DNA from: an uncultured delta proteobacterium
GTDB lineage: Bacteria; Myxococcota_A; Polyangia; Polyangiales; JAFGIB01
Assembly (NCBI GenBank): GCA_963778655.1
Contig: CAVZVA010000010.1
Coordinates: 1,632,001 to 1,696,000, forward strand
Reading direction: 5' to 3'
DNA length: 64,000 bases
A program made the position numbers and the translations under genes. Of the stretch, positions 12,954-23,098 are shown in pieces (position 1 is the first letter of the stretch; each line of letters begins with the position of its first letter). The notes under the pieces are model-generated. The model did not search any database. It had not been told where the DNA came from and saw only the letters and a list, made by a program, of their open reading frames with translations.

Positions 12954-13880
12954 TCAGGATCGGCGCGGACCGCCCGGCCGCGTGCGCGGTGGAAGCCGTG
13001 CTGGTGGCAGCCGGGGCGCAGGCGCCGAAGAGCTGGACGGCGGTGCGGCGGAGACGATGCGGGGCGTGGCGGCTGCAGGGCTCGGGGCCGCGGCCTTGGG
13101 GGCGGCGGCCATGGCACGGGGAGCGGACACCGAGCTCGTGGCGGCAGGCCTCGCGGCTACGGCGGCGACCTGCGGATGGGTCGCCGGCGCGACCTCGACC
13201 GGTTGCGGGCTCGGCTGCGCGTCGCTGGTCTCGAGGCGGTCGACCAGCTCGCTGCCCGCGTTGAGCAGGCCGGCTTCGTACTGGGCGACGCGCGACGACA
13301 GCCAGTTGAACAACAGCACCGAGGGGATCGCCACCGTCAAGCCGTAGCCGGTGACCACTAGCGCTTCGGCGATCGCGGCGCCGATCGTGCCGATGCCGCC
13401 GGAGCCCGTGACCGAGATCAGCTTGAACGCATTGATGATGCCGAGCACGGTGCCGAGCAGGCCCACGAAAGGCGCCGTCGATCCGGTCGAGGCCAGAATG
13501 TTCATGCCTCGGTTGAGGTCGCGACTGATCGCGTCGCCCTTGCGCTCGAGCGCGCGCCGCGCGAGCTCACTGGCGCGCGCGATGTCGTCGCCCACTCCGA
13601 TGCGCGCCATGAAGGTGCGCAGCCCGACCTCCAGGTAACTCGCGAACGGATTGGCCTTGTGCGCTTGCGCCTCGGCGAGGGCAGCTGGAAACGCGCCCGC
13701 CTCCATTGCGCCAGCGACCATGCTCGCAAACGCGGTCGCGCGTTTGGCCGACGTGGTCAGCATGACGATTCGGTCGATCACGACCGCAACGCACGCGATC
13801 GCCTGCAATGTCAGCAGCACGACGACGCACCGGACCGGCAGACCCATGCTGTGCCACAGCTCGACGAGATTGATCTGCAT
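12954..13880 (-). CDS. exbB: MotA/TolQ/ExbB proton channel protein with Pro/Ala-rich C-terminal tail
   Basis: LASTGSTAPFVGLLGTVLGIINAF...IAEALVVTGYGLTVAIPS; GGAG RBS upstream. Confidence 0.9.
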   Translation of the reverse strand: MQINLVELWHSMGLPVRCVVVLLTLQAIACVAVVIDRIVMLTTSAKRATAFASMVAGAMEAGAFPAALAEAQAHKANPFASYLEVGLRTFMARIGVGDDIARASELARRALERKGDAISRDLNRGMNILASTGSTAPFVGLLGTVLGIINAFKLISVTGSGGIGTIGAAIAEALVVTGYGLTVAIPSVLLFNWLSSRVAQYEAGLLNAGSELVDRLETSDAQPSPQPVEVAPATHPQVAAVAARPAATSSVSAPRAMAAAPKAAAPSPAAATPRIVSAAPPSSSSAPAPRLPPARLPPRTRPGGPRRS

Positions 13881-13945
13881 GACTGCCTTTCTCCTTCACG
13901 CTCGGGTCGGCGCCTCGCCGCCGACGTGGATTCGACATTCGACGT

Positions 13946-14641
13946 TCAGAGGTCCTCCAAGCGAAACACGATCGACCTCTTCATCCGATAGCGGACGGCC
14001 TTCCCGCCGCGATGGGCGGGCTTGAAGCGCCAGCTCAGCGCCGCCTTCAGCACGCTGTCGCGCAGCTCGGGCGGACCGCTGACGATCTGCGGGTTGGCGA
14101 CGTGCCCGTCTTCGAGCACATCGAACACGACCACCACCACCCCCTCGATGCCCTTGCGACGGGCGGCGGGCGCGTAGCGCGGCCGGTCGATCGAGCCGAC
14201 CGCGACCGGCGCGATCAAGGGCGCAGGCGGCGGGGGAGGGGGCGGAACCGCGCGACCGTTGCCGCGCCCGCCCAGCGTCCCGTCGAGGAAGCCATCCACC
14301 GGACCGCTTTCGTCCGCCGCGGCCAGCTCCCTGTTCGACTCCTTGAGCTTCTCGTCCGAGATCTTGTCGGGGGGCGCGAGCGCCGGTCGCTTGACCTTGG
14401 GACGCGGGCTCCGCGCTGGAGCGGCCGCGGGTTGCAAAGGAGGCGGTTCCGGCTCGGGCGGTGGCGGCGGCGCAAACTCGACCGTGGTCAGCTCTTCCTG
14501 GACGATCTTGCGCACGGTGGCCGTCGCTGCGATGACCGCCGCGCTCGTGCCCGCGTAGAGCACCAGCGCCGCCGCGAACGACTTGCGAAACCGCTGCTGG
14601 GACTCGTGGCCGGCAGGTGATACCTGGAAATCGTCGAACAT
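13946..14641 (-). CDS. tonB: Energy transducer TonB
   Basis: N-terminal TM, Pro-rich linker, TonB-C domain (PRYAPAARRKGIEGVVVVVFDV...WRFKPA). Confidence 0.9.
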   Translation of the reverse strand: MFDDFQVSPAGHESQQRFRKSFAAALVLYAGTSAAVIAATATVRKIVQEELTTVEFAPPPPPEPEPPPLQPAAAPARSPRPKVKRPALAPPDKISDEKLKESNRELAAADESGPVDGFLDGTLGGRGNGRAVPPPPPPPAPLIAPVAVGSIDRPRYAPAARRKGIEGVVVVVFDVLEDGHVANPQIVSGPPELRDSVLKAALSWRFKPAHRGGKAVRYRMKRSIVFRLEDL

Positions 14642-14662
14642 CGCTGTCGCTTGCCGGGGGTC

Positions 14663-15514
14663 CTATTGGCACACCGTAGCGCACATCGTCATCCCCGTGC
14701 AGGTGCCGAAAACGCTGCTGGCCGCGCAAGGGTTGGCATCGGCCATATCGACCATGGCGCAGGTCGCGACGCTGCCCCCCATGTAGGCCCCGGCCGCGTC
14801 GATTTCGGCCATGCACAGGTCCGCGGTGTAGCAGGCGGCGCCCGAGCACTTCTTCGCGGTCGCGCAGTTGATCACGGCGCTGCACAGGGTGGTGAACTGC
14901 GGGTCCGGGTTGTTGAAGCAGCGGTTGAACTCGTCCAGGCAACCGCCCATCGCGTCGGGCGTGCAGGCGCACGCCTGGCAGTCGGCGTTGGGCTGCGTGT
15001 ACGCGGCGACGCAGGCCTGGTCCGGCGTGAAGCCGCCGACGGTGAGGCTGACGCTGGCCGGGGCGCTGAACGCGTTGTCGTTGTCACGCACCCACAGGCT
15101 GAAGCGGTACTTGCCCTTCTCGGTCAGGGTCACCTGGGTGGTGGGCCCGGGCCCGGAGACGGGGTCGCCGGTGAAGGCCGGCGCCGCCGCCGCGCCGGCC
15201 CCTGCGGCGCCCATGTCCGCCGGCAGGCCGAAGCGCGCCGCCGCGCTCACGTCGGTGCGCATCCAGCGGTACTCGACGATGGAGCCGTCTGGATCGGTGC
15301 TCGACGCGCCGTCGAGCACCACCGTGACCGGCTGGCCGTCGAACGGAATCGGCAGCGAGGGAGACACGGATTGTCCCCCGAGCTGCACGTCGATCCGCGC
15401 GACCGGCAATTTGTTGAGCTTGGTGACCGGCAGACAGCTCACCGCCAGCCCTGCTAGTCCCAGGATCAGGGCTCGGTATACCGCATACGTGCTTGCTCGC
15501 TTGGCGCTGGTCAT
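14663..15514 (-). CDS. Lipoprotein with PKD/Ig-like domain and Cys-rich C-terminal domain
   Basis: Lipobox LAVSC, VLDGASSTDPDGSIVEYRW and GKYRFSLWVRD (PKD-like); Cys-rich C-terminal 100 aa. Confidence 0.8.
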   Translation of the reverse strand: MTSAKRASTYAVYRALILGLAGLAVSCLPVTKLNKLPVARIDVQLGGQSVSPSLPIPFDGQPVTVVLDGASSTDPDGSIVEYRWMRTDVSAAARFGLPADMGAAGAGAAAAPAFTGDPVSGPGPTTQVTLTEKGKYRFSLWVRDNDNAFSAPASVSLTVGGFTPDQACVAAYTQPNADCQACACTPDAMGGCLDEFNRCFNNPDPQFTTLCSAVINCATAKKCSGAACYTADLCMAEIDAAGAYMGGSVATCAMVDMADANPCAASSVFGTCTGMTMCATVCQ

Positions 15515-15517
15515 GGC

Positions 15518-18500
15518 TCAGAGCTCCTGGATCACGCGGGCGTAGATCATGCGGCCGCGCGGATCGTGGGTGAGGGGGTCATAGCCAAGCGGTGCGTTGA
15601 CGACCGGAGGTAACGCATCGGTGACGTTCTGGACGCCGACGCGAAGCGTCGTGCTCTGTCCCTTGGCTTCCTCGATCCGGTAGGAGTACTGCAGGTCCAG
15701 GCTCACGAACGGGTCGATGCCCGGGAAGTACATCACCGGCGGCACTTGGGCGCCGTCGTCCTTGTAGCCGCTGATGAAATGTCCGATCACCGCGGCGCTG
15801 TGGCCGAGGAAGGTCCAGCTCAGCGGCAGCGTCGCGCGCAGGCGCGGAATCGGGCGCACAAAGTTGGTCGCGTTGCGCAACCCGGCCACATCGCAGGTGT
15901 TGGCGCTCTTGTTGCAGTTGGCGTCCGCGAAGTCGCGGTTGAGCGCGGAAACCTGATCGTAGGGAATGTCGTACGCGAGCACGTAGCTGCCGTTGATCCC
16001 GAAGCCGAAGGTTCCGGCGTGGACCCCGAAGTCGGTGCGGTAGTTGAGCTCGAGGTCGATGCCGTGCGTCATCACACTCGAGGCGTTGATGAACTTGGTG
16101 TCCACCTGCTGGATCTGACGGCTGAAGGGGTCGCGGTGAACCGCGGGGTTGCCGAGCGGATTGGCGGGATCGGCCGCCTTGAAATCCGCGCTCACCACCT
16201 GCTGCGGATCCTCCTTCACGATGATCTTTCGGTAGTCGTAGTGCCAGTAGTCGCCTTGTAGCGTGAAGCCCTTGACCGGGCTCCACTCGACGCCCCCCGT
16301 GATCGCGGTCGAGGTCTGCGGCGACAGGTTGGGATTGCCCAGCGTCTGGATCGGCAGGAAGGTGTCGCCCGTCGCCGCCATCGGCATGTTGGGATCCATC
16401 GGGTTGGGGCGGGTCGAGTTGATCGCCAGCAGGGCCGTCTGTGCGCCGTCGCTCTGCAGCAAGGAGGGCGCGACGAACGAGGTGGCGTAGGTTCCCCGGA
16501 CCCGCGCCTTGGACGCGGGCGACGCGTTGTCGCCCATGAACGTCGTGGCCGGTGTCCAGCTCAGACCCAGCATCGGATTCACTGTCGTCCCCACGTCGCT
16601 GTAGTTCTCGAGGCGACCGGCGACCTGGGTGTCGAACCCGCGGTAGAAGGGAATCGCAAGCTCGCCATATCCGGCGAAGATGCGGCGTTCGGCGGTGAAA
16701 TCCGGCCCCCCCAGCAGGAACAGATAGTTGAGCTGGTTCGAGTCGTGGTCGGAATTGCTGCTCACGCTCTCGCGCCGCACCTGACCACCGACCGCGAGCG
16801 ACAGGTCGCCGCCCGGCAGCTCGACAATCGGCCCGTTGAGGTCGAAGCCCGCGGTGGTGAGCTCGGACTTCCCGACCACGGTGAGCTCGCCGGTCACCCG
16901 ATCGAGGATCGCCTGCGAGTTGGGTGCTCCCGCGTAGAACAGATTGAGACAGTCGGCCGGATCGCTCATCGGGTTGCAGCTGTCGAGGGCATCCTGCAAG
17001 GGGCCCTTGAGCTGGTCCGGTAGGGCGGTCTCGAAGCGATTGGTGCCGTACGTGCCTGCGATCTCCCATTCCCACTCGCCGAGCTTGCCGTCCGACAGCC
17101 CGCCGAAGTCGCCGCTTATTCCGGCCACGGTGTGCAAGGTATCCGACTGGTACGTCTGCTCTTGCGGCGGCGAGTTGCCTCCGAGCACGCGCCCGTAGAC
17201 CCGAAGTCGATTGCCGGTGGGGTTGTAGGCGTTGTCCGCCGGGACGTACACCGGTTGCAGGATCGGAAACGAGGGCGAGAGCGTGCGATGGCTGTTGTCG
17301 CGGGCGTAGCCCCCCTCGAAGAAGACCATCGTGTGATCGCTGATGTCGTGCTCCAGCGTCGCATAGGTGTTGACGCGTTGCTCGTCGAGCACGAGCACGT
17401 AGTAGGAGTTGAAGTCGAAGGTACAAAACGGCAGCGGCGCATTCGGATCCATCGTAGGGGCCGATAGAGGCACCTTCCCGCAGCCCGGATCCTGAATGCC
17501 CTTCGCGACCGGCTTGCCCGAGGCGTCGACCGGAAGGTAGGTGCCGGGCCAACCGATGTTGCTGACGTTCTTACCGTTGTTGGTGAACGCGCGATCGCCG
17601 GCATACAGGGGGGAGCGCTTGAAGTACGTCAGCATGGCGGTCGCCCGCGTGGTATCGCTGTTCGCTCCCCCGATCAGCGACACATCCCACTCGCGCTGAT
17701 CCATGCGGTCCGTGGTCTGCCCGCCGGCCTGCGCCTCGAAACCATCGAAACGCTTGCGCGTGATCAGGTTGACTACGCCGGCGACCGCGTCCGAGCCGTA
17801 AATCGCGGAGGCCCCGCCCTTCAGGATTTCGAAGCGCTCGACCAGCGGCAGCGGCAGCGTGTTGATGTCGACGAAGTTGGTGCCGTCGGTGGCGAGCGAG
17901 GCGCTTTGCACCAGGCGCCGGCCGTTGAGCAGCACCAGCGTCGAGTTCAGACCCAGCCCGCGCAGGTTGAATTGAGCCGTGCCCGCGGACCCTCCCGAGA
18001 TGTCGGCGTTGAACTCGGAGCCCGAGTTGATGTTCATGTACTTCACGACGTCGGCCATGTTGTTGGCGCCGCTCAGCTGCAGCTGCTTGCGGTCGACCAC
18101 CTGGACCGACGACGGTTGGGCGTAGCTCGAGCGCTTGATGCGCGAGCCCGTGACGACCATTTCCTCGCCGGGCGCCTCGGCCACGGGAGGCGGCGGTGCC
18201 GCGGGTTCCGCCTCGGGCTGGGCCGCGGCGGCCGTGGCAGCGGCCGGTCCGGAGCCCTCGTCCTCGGCGGTGGCGCTTTTCGGCGCGGCCTCGCCTTCCG
18301 CCGGGCCGGGCTCGGGGCTCGGGGCCCCGGCTTCGGCACCGCTTTCAGGCGCCCCGGGCTGCGCGCCTGGCTCAGGCTCGTCCGCGAACGGGTCCGAGGG
18401 CTGATCGCTGGCGGGTGCCTGTTCCGGCTTCTGCTGTGCGCTCGCATTGCTCGCGCTTGCCAGCAGCAAGCCCAAAGCGAGGGCACACCACTCTCGTGTC

Positions 18501-18520
18501 CCCGTACGTGACCATTGCAT
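15518..18520 (-). CDS. TonB-dependent outer membrane receptor
   Basis: Signal peptide from MQWSR (ATG 18520, GGAGG RBS), TonB box EEMVVTGSRI, plug NLRGLG..TLVLLNGRR, ERFEILKGGASAIYGSDAVAGVVNLIT, C-terminal DPRGRMIYARV. Confidence 0.93.
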   Translation of the reverse strand: MQWSRTGTREWCALALGLLLASASNASAQQKPEQAPASDQPSDPFADEPEPGAQPGAPESGAEAGAPSPEPGPAEGEAAPKSATAEDEGSGPAAATAAAAQPEAEPAAPPPPVAEAPGEEMVVTGSRIKRSSYAQPSSVQVVDRKQLQLSGANNMADVVKYMNINSGSEFNADISGGSAGTAQFNLRGLGLNSTLVLLNGRRLVQSASLATDGTNFVDINTLPLPLVERFEILKGGASAIYGSDAVAGVVNLITRKRFDGFEAQAGGQTTDRMDQREWDVSLIGGANSDTTRATAMLTYFKRSPLYAGDRAFTNNGKNVSNIGWPGTYLPVDASGKPVAKGIQDPGCGKVPLSAPTMDPNAPLPFCTFDFNSYYVLVLDEQRVNTYATLEHDISDHTMVFFEGGYARDNSHRTLSPSFPILQPVYVPADNAYNPTGNRLRVYGRVLGGNSPPQEQTYQSDTLHTVAGISGDFGGLSDGKLGEWEWEIAGTYGTNRFETALPDQLKGPLQDALDSCNPMSDPADCLNLFYAGAPNSQAILDRVTGELTVVGKSELTTAGFDLNGPIVELPGGDLSLAVGGQVRRESVSSNSDHDSNQLNYLFLLGGPDFTAERRIFAGYGELAIPFYRGFDTQVAGRLENYSDVGTTVNPMLGLSWTPATTFMGDNASPASKARVRGTYATSFVAPSLLQSDGAQTALLAINSTRPNPMDPNMPMAATGDTFLPIQTLGNPNLSPQTSTAITGGVEWSPVKGFTLQGDYWHYDYRKIIVKEDPQQVVSADFKAADPANPLGNPAVHRDPFSRQIQQVDTKFINASSVMTHGIDLELNYRTDFGVHAGTFGFGINGSYVLAYDIPYDQVSALNRDFADANCNKSANTCDVAGLRNATNFVRPIPRLRATLPLSWTFLGHSAAVIGHFISGYKDDGAQVPPVMYFPGIDPFVSLDLQYSYRIEEAKGQSTTLRVGVQNVTDALPPVVNAPLGYDPLTHDPRGRMIYARVIQEL

Positions 18521-18765
18521 CGCTGCCCTCCGGCGAAGGTCGACTCGCACACTCGCTCGTCCCAACTTCCCCGGCAAGGGCGAGCGACGGGGTCGGGACG
18601 TTACTACCGTGGTATTCGAGCCGCAATACTGATTCGGTGCGGTAATCGACATGGATACTGCTTTATCGCAACCCGCGCGCGATCGGTGTCCTTGTCTTCG
18701 GCTAGCTTGCTCAGCGTTAGATAGTCTAGAAGAAAGCAAAACGCAGGCGGCGCGCTGCGGCTGGA

Positions 18766-19725
18766 ATGATGAGACCACCGAATAGAGAGTCACCGAAGAA
18801 ACATGCCGGGCTGGCGCGGCGCCGCGTGCTGAACCGTGCGTTGCGTCGCTGCAACGCGAGTGCATGGCCGCTGGTGACGAGGACGCGTCGATTGTCACGG
18901 CTTCGCTGGCTGCGTGGCCTGATCGCGCTCTTGGCGTGTTGGCTGTGGACCGATGCGAGCGCTGCGCAGGTGAATACCGAGATCTTGCGCCCTGCGCGCG
19001 AGAGAGAAGGTTTCTCCGCCGATCTCGACGCCAGTCTCTCGCTGTCGCGCGGCAACGTCGAGGAGCTCGACCTCGGCGGCATGCTCAAGGCGCAGTATCA
19101 AACGTTGTATCCGTTGCCGCCGGCACCCGAGCACGAGCCTGCGCCGGTGCCCTTCGTGAGGCAGCAGGCGTTCGTAGTGGCCAACGGGCGCAGGGCCGAG
19201 CAATCGGGCAACACCTTCGTCGACGAGGCTTTTGCGCACGCCCGCTGGACCGGCATGTGGCACCCGCGTGTCGGCAGCGAGCTGTTCGTGCAGGGCCAGC
19301 TCAATCGTTTCCAGCGCCTGCTCGCGCGTAGCCTGGTCGGTGCCGGCGTGCGCGTCGACATCGTGCACAGCCCCGCGCTGCGGCTGTGGGGCGGCAGCGG
19401 CTACATGTTCGAGCACGACCACGTCGACGTGCAGGCGGGCGCGTCCGATGCTGCCGAGACCTACGAGCACCGCTGGACGAGCTACCTGGCGTCGCGGCTC
19501 GAGCTGTGGGGCGGACCGCTCCTGCTGCAGAACACGCTGTACGTGCAGCCGCGCTTCGACGCGCTCTCGGACTTCAGGCTGCTCGAAGAGCTGCAGCTGC
19601 TAGCCAAGGTCACGCAGGTGCTCTCGCTCGGGACCAAGCTCAGCGTGCTGCACGACAGCGCGCCCCCGACCGGGGTGAAGCAGACCGATCTGCGCCTGTC
19701 GAGCACGCTGCACTTATCATTTTGA
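18766..19725 (+). CDS. DUF481-like outer membrane beta-barrel protein
   Basis: Signal peptide ending ASA-AQVNTE, alternating beta-strand pattern, HDSAPPTGVKQTD, C-terminal Phe. True start probably further downstream. Confidence 0.72.
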   Translation: MMRPPNRESPKKHAGLARRRVLNRALRRCNASAWPLVTRTRRLSRLRWLRGLIALLACWLWTDASAAQVNTEILRPAREREGFSADLDASLSLSRGNVEELDLGGMLKAQYQTLYPLPPAPEHEPAPVPFVRQQAFVVANGRRAEQSGNTFVDEAFAHARWTGMWHPRVGSELFVQGQLNRFQRLLARSLVGAGVRVDIVHSPALRLWGGSGYMFEHDHVDVQAGASDAAETYEHRWTSYLASRLELWGGPLLLQNTLYVQPRFDALSDFRLLEELQLLAKVTQVLSLGTKLSVLHDSAPPTGVKQTDLRLSSTLHLSF

Positions 19726-19879
19726 CGCGATCGGGGTGAGATCGGGCTCATGGGCTACGCCGCGGTGAAGACGCCGGGTCTGGTTCTTGTACTAAGCGCG
19801 CTCGTGTCTGTCTGGGCGCCCGGCGGTCGGCGGGTTGAGGACGAGCACGACATAACGCGGCCGCGTGGGGTTGGAAGGG

Positions 19880-20617
19880 TCAGCTCGAGGGGGGCTCGGC
19901 GCTTTGCTTGCGCGCTTGCTCGAGGGCTTGGTCGGCGGCGGATTGGGCGCTGCGCGCCGCGTCGAGCTGGTTGCGGGCGCCGCGGGCGCCAGCGGCATGC
20001 TCGATCTCGCTGGCGACCGTGCCCGCGCGCTCGGGGTCGAGGCCGAGCGCGCGGGCGGCTGCGAGCGTGAGCGCGGCGCGCTGGCGCAGCAGCGCCGCGG
20101 CCTGCGCTTCGGCTTGCTCGCGCTCGCGCGCCGAGCCGAGGCGGCCGGCCTTCGCCTGGTCGGCCCGCGCCAGCAGGGCTGTGGCCGCGGCTTGCGCGCG
20201 CCGGCCCGCCTCCACGCGCGCCGCCTGCGCCTCCAGCTCGAGCCGCTCGCGCTCCAGCGCGGCGCGACGCTGAAGCGCTTGTGCGTAGCGCGCTTCGGCC
20301 GCCGCGCCCGTGCGCTCGGCGGCGATGCGGTCGGCTTCCGCGATCGCGGTCTGCAGCCAAACCCTGGCGCGCGCCCGCGCGTCGGCCCGCGCCTGCGAAT
20401 CGGTTTCGCGCGCAGCTTGCTGCAGGGCGCGCTGCGCGCGCGCGTAGAGGTCCGGCGCATCGGCCTGCGCGCGTCGCGCGTCGGCTTGCTCGAAGCGCGC
20501 GTCGCGCACCATGCCCGGCCCAGCGCTGCCGCGGCTCGCGCAGGCCGCGCAGGTCAGCGCGACGGCAGCCAGCCAGCGCGGCCACGCGCGTCCCCGTCGG
20601 CGGCGCGCGCGGCTCAC
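19880..20617 (-). CDS. Ala-rich coiled-coil lipoprotein, unknown function
   Basis: GTG start overlapping the upstream TGA; WLAAVALTCAAC lipobox-like signal; helical heptad content. Confidence 0.6.
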   Translation of the reverse strand: MSRARRRRGRAWPRWLAAVALTCAACASRGSAGPGMVRDARFEQADARRAQADAPDLYARAQRALQQAARETDSQARADARARARVWLQTAIAEADRIAAERTGAAAEARYAQALQRRAALERERLELEAQAARVEAGRRAQAAATALLARADQAKAGRLGSAREREQAEAQAAALLRQRAALTLAAARALGLDPERAGTVASEIEHAAGARGARNQLDAARSAQSAADQALEQARKQSAEPPSS

Positions 20618-21112
20618 CGCGCCTCCGCGCCTAGCGCGCCGAGCCGCGCCCGCGCCTGCGCCTGCGCGAGGGCCTGCTCGGCGCGCGCTTGCGCCGCCTC
20701 TGCCGCCGCGGCGCGGCGCTCGGCCGCGTCGCGCGCATAGCCCGCCTGCGTGGCCGCGATTTGCCGCGAGGCCCAGGCCAGCGCAGCCCACGCCAGCTGC
20801 TTGGCGCCCTGCGCCTCGCGCGTGCGTCCCGCAGCCAGCGCCGCGCGTGCCCGCGCCAGCGCAGTGCGTCCCTGGGAAAGCGCTGCCTCGGCCACGCCGG
20901 CGTCACTGCGCTCTGCGAGCCGTGCGAGGCGCTGCGCGATTCTGCGAGAGCTCGGGCTCGAGCGGTGGCACGCGCGGTGCCGCCGGCGCGAGCAACCCCG
21001 ACACGCTCGTGCCCGGCCCCTGCGCGGGCCGCGCCTGAGCGTGAGCCCGGCCGCCGCCGGCGCAGCCGAGCAGGGCGAGCAGGCAAGCCCAACGCGCACG
21101 CATCGCGCGCAT
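20614..21112 (-). CDS. Ala-rich helical lipoprotein; apparent frameshift near 20940
   Basis: MRAMRARWACLLALLGC lipobox in one frame, continuing as IAQRLARLAERSDAGVAEAALSQG in another frame. Confidence 0.45.
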
Positions 21113-21319
21113 GGAAGCACACTCCCAAGGGACCCGAAAGCACCTCGCCGCCGCCGCTCCCGGCATTCGCATCCGTACCCGTGCCCGTAGCCGTGCTCGT
21201 AGTCGTACCCGTGCCCGCACCCCGTGCCGCCGCCCCCGCCGCTCTCCCCGGGCGCGCCCGCCTTGAAAGGGGTTTACCTTCCGCTGCGCGCAGAGTACCG
21301 CAGCAGCCAGCCTCGCCCC

Positions 21320-23017
21320 ATGCACGCCGACCCCAGCGACTCCCGGCTCCACAGCGCGTTCGCGCTCGCGATCTGCGCCTTCGCGTATCTCTACGTCTTT
21401 CCCTACCAGGCGCGCATCAACAACCCCAACGAGAACGTCCGCTTCTACATGACCGCGGCGCTGGTGGAGCAGGGTCGCTACGAGATCGACGCGATGCACG
21501 CGCGCTTCGGCTGGGTCAACGACGCGGCCCGCCACGCCGGCCACGAGTACAGCGTGAAGGCGCCCGGCACCAGCCTGCTCGCGGTGCCCGGCTATGCGCT
21601 CTACCTGGGCACGGCCCGCCTGCTCGGGCGCCCCTACGACCGTACCGAAGCGCTGTGGGCGTGCCGGCTGTTCGCCTCCATCCTGCCCACGCTGCTGTGG
21701 CTGTTCTGGTTGCACCGCTGGCTCAGCCGGCGTGGCTACCATCCGGTGCTGCGCGACGCGGTCTTCTTTTCGGTCGCGCTCGGCTCGCTGCTCTACGGCT
21801 ACGGCATGCTGATGGTCAGCCACACGTTGAGCGCGGTCAGCGCGTTCGGCGCGTTCATGCTGCTGTGCGATGTGCGCGAGCGCGCCGAGCCCTGCCCGCC
21901 GCTGCGCGCGGCGCTTGCGGGCTTGCTGGCGGCGGCGACCACGCTATTCGAGTACCCGGGCCTGCCGGCCTCGGTCGTGCTCACGCTCTACGCCCTGTAC
22001 GTGCTGCGTCCGCGCGGTGGCCTGCGCGCGATCTCGGCTTACGCCGCCGGCGGGCTGCTGCCGGCGCTGGCGATGATGCACTTCCAGTGGCGCGCGTTCG
22101 GCAATCCCTTCACGCCCGGCCACCTGATGGTCGAGAATCCGGCGTTTCGCCACGCGCTCGAGCAGGGCTTCTATGGTGCGGTCGGCCCCAGCCTGCAGGC
22201 GCTGTACGGCCTGCTGCTCGATCCGGGCGCCGGGCTTTTTCCGCTCACCCCGGTGCTGCTGCTTTCGCCGCTGGGCCTGTGGCTGCTGTGGCGCGAACGC
22301 CCGCGCCGTCCCGAGGCGCTGTGCGTGCTCGGCGTGAGCGTGCTCACGATTCTCGCGATCTCCTCGATGAACAACTGGCGTGGCGGCTGGACCATCGGCC
22401 CGCGCTACCTCGCGCTGTGCGTGCCGTTTCTGGCCTGGGTCGCCCTGATCGGGCTCGAGCGCTGGGCCGAACGCTTCGAGCCTCACGTGCTCGCGCTCGC
22501 GCTGGGCGCGATGCTCACCGCCATGCTCGCCTCGGGCGTGCCTTCGGCGTACTACCCCCACCTGCCGCCCGAGCTGACGCGCCCCCTGCCGCAGCTGTTC
22601 GCCGTGCTGATCGCGCACGGCTACGCGCCGCCCAACGCCGGCGCGTGGCTAGGCATCTATGGCAGCGCGTCCATGCTGCCGCTGGCCGCGGCGGCGTTCT
22701 GCGCGCTGCTGCTCTGCCTGCGCGCGGTCGCCGGCGTGCGCGCGCGGCTGCTGCTGCTGGTCGCCGCGCTGCTGATCGGCGCCTGCCTGAGCCTGCCGCT
22801 GTTCATGCGGCCCGAGCTCGAGCCGGGCGTGCCGCAGGCGGTGGCGTTCATCACCCGTCACTTCAGCCCCGAGGGCCACGACCGAGCGGCGCGCCTGCGC
22901 GCTACCCTGCGCGCGCGGAAGGAGGTGCGCGAGCAGGACCTCAGGCGACTGGCCGAGCTGTATCTGGCCGAGGGCCGCGTGCAGGAAGCCGCGCGCGCGC
23001 GCGGCGGCGAGCTGTGA
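21320..23017 (+). CDS. Polytopic membrane protein, GT-C (ArnT/PMT-like) glycosyltransferase-like
   Basis: Many TM helices; NPNENVRFY first loop, YSVKAPGTS, FGNPFTPG, WRGGWTIGPRYL; TPR-like C-terminus. Confidence 0.6.
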   Translation: MHADPSDSRLHSAFALAICAFAYLYVFPYQARINNPNENVRFYMTAALVEQGRYEIDAMHARFGWVNDAARHAGHEYSVKAPGTSLLAVPGYALYLGTARLLGRPYDRTEALWACRLFASILPTLLWLFWLHRWLSRRGYHPVLRDAVFFSVALGSLLYGYGMLMVSHTLSAVSAFGAFMLLCDVRERAEPCPPLRAALAGLLAAATTLFEYPGLPASVVLTLYALYVLRPRGGLRAISAYAAGGLLPALAMMHFQWRAFGNPFTPGHLMVENPAFRHALEQGFYGAVGPSLQALYGLLLDPGAGLFPLTPVLLLSPLGLWLLWRERPRRPEALCVLGVSVLTILAISSMNNWRGGWTIGPRYLALCVPFLAWVALIGLERWAERFEPHVLALALGAMLTAMLASGVPSAYYPHLPPELTRPLPQLFAVLIAHGYAPPNAGAWLGIYGSASMLPLAAAAFCALLLCLRAVAGVRARLLLLVAALLIGACLSLPLFMRPELEPGVPQAVAFITRHFSPEGHDRAARLRATLRARKEVREQDLRRLAELYLAEGRVQEAARARGGEL

Positions 23018-23098
23018 GCGGCCGCACCGGGGGCGCAAGCCCTTGCGCGCCCGTCCGCACGTCTTACATCCTGCAGCGCTGGCAAAGGAGACCGATCC

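Noticed and set aside
18521..18760. Cobalamin or other riboswitch upstream of the TBDR
   Set aside because: The region is AT-richer with one hairpin, but I could not recognise a B12 box or other riboswitch consensus.
21165..21230. Degenerate hexamer run (cccgtg/ccgtag) in an intergenic gap
   Set aside because: Low-complexity sequence with no assignable function from this window.
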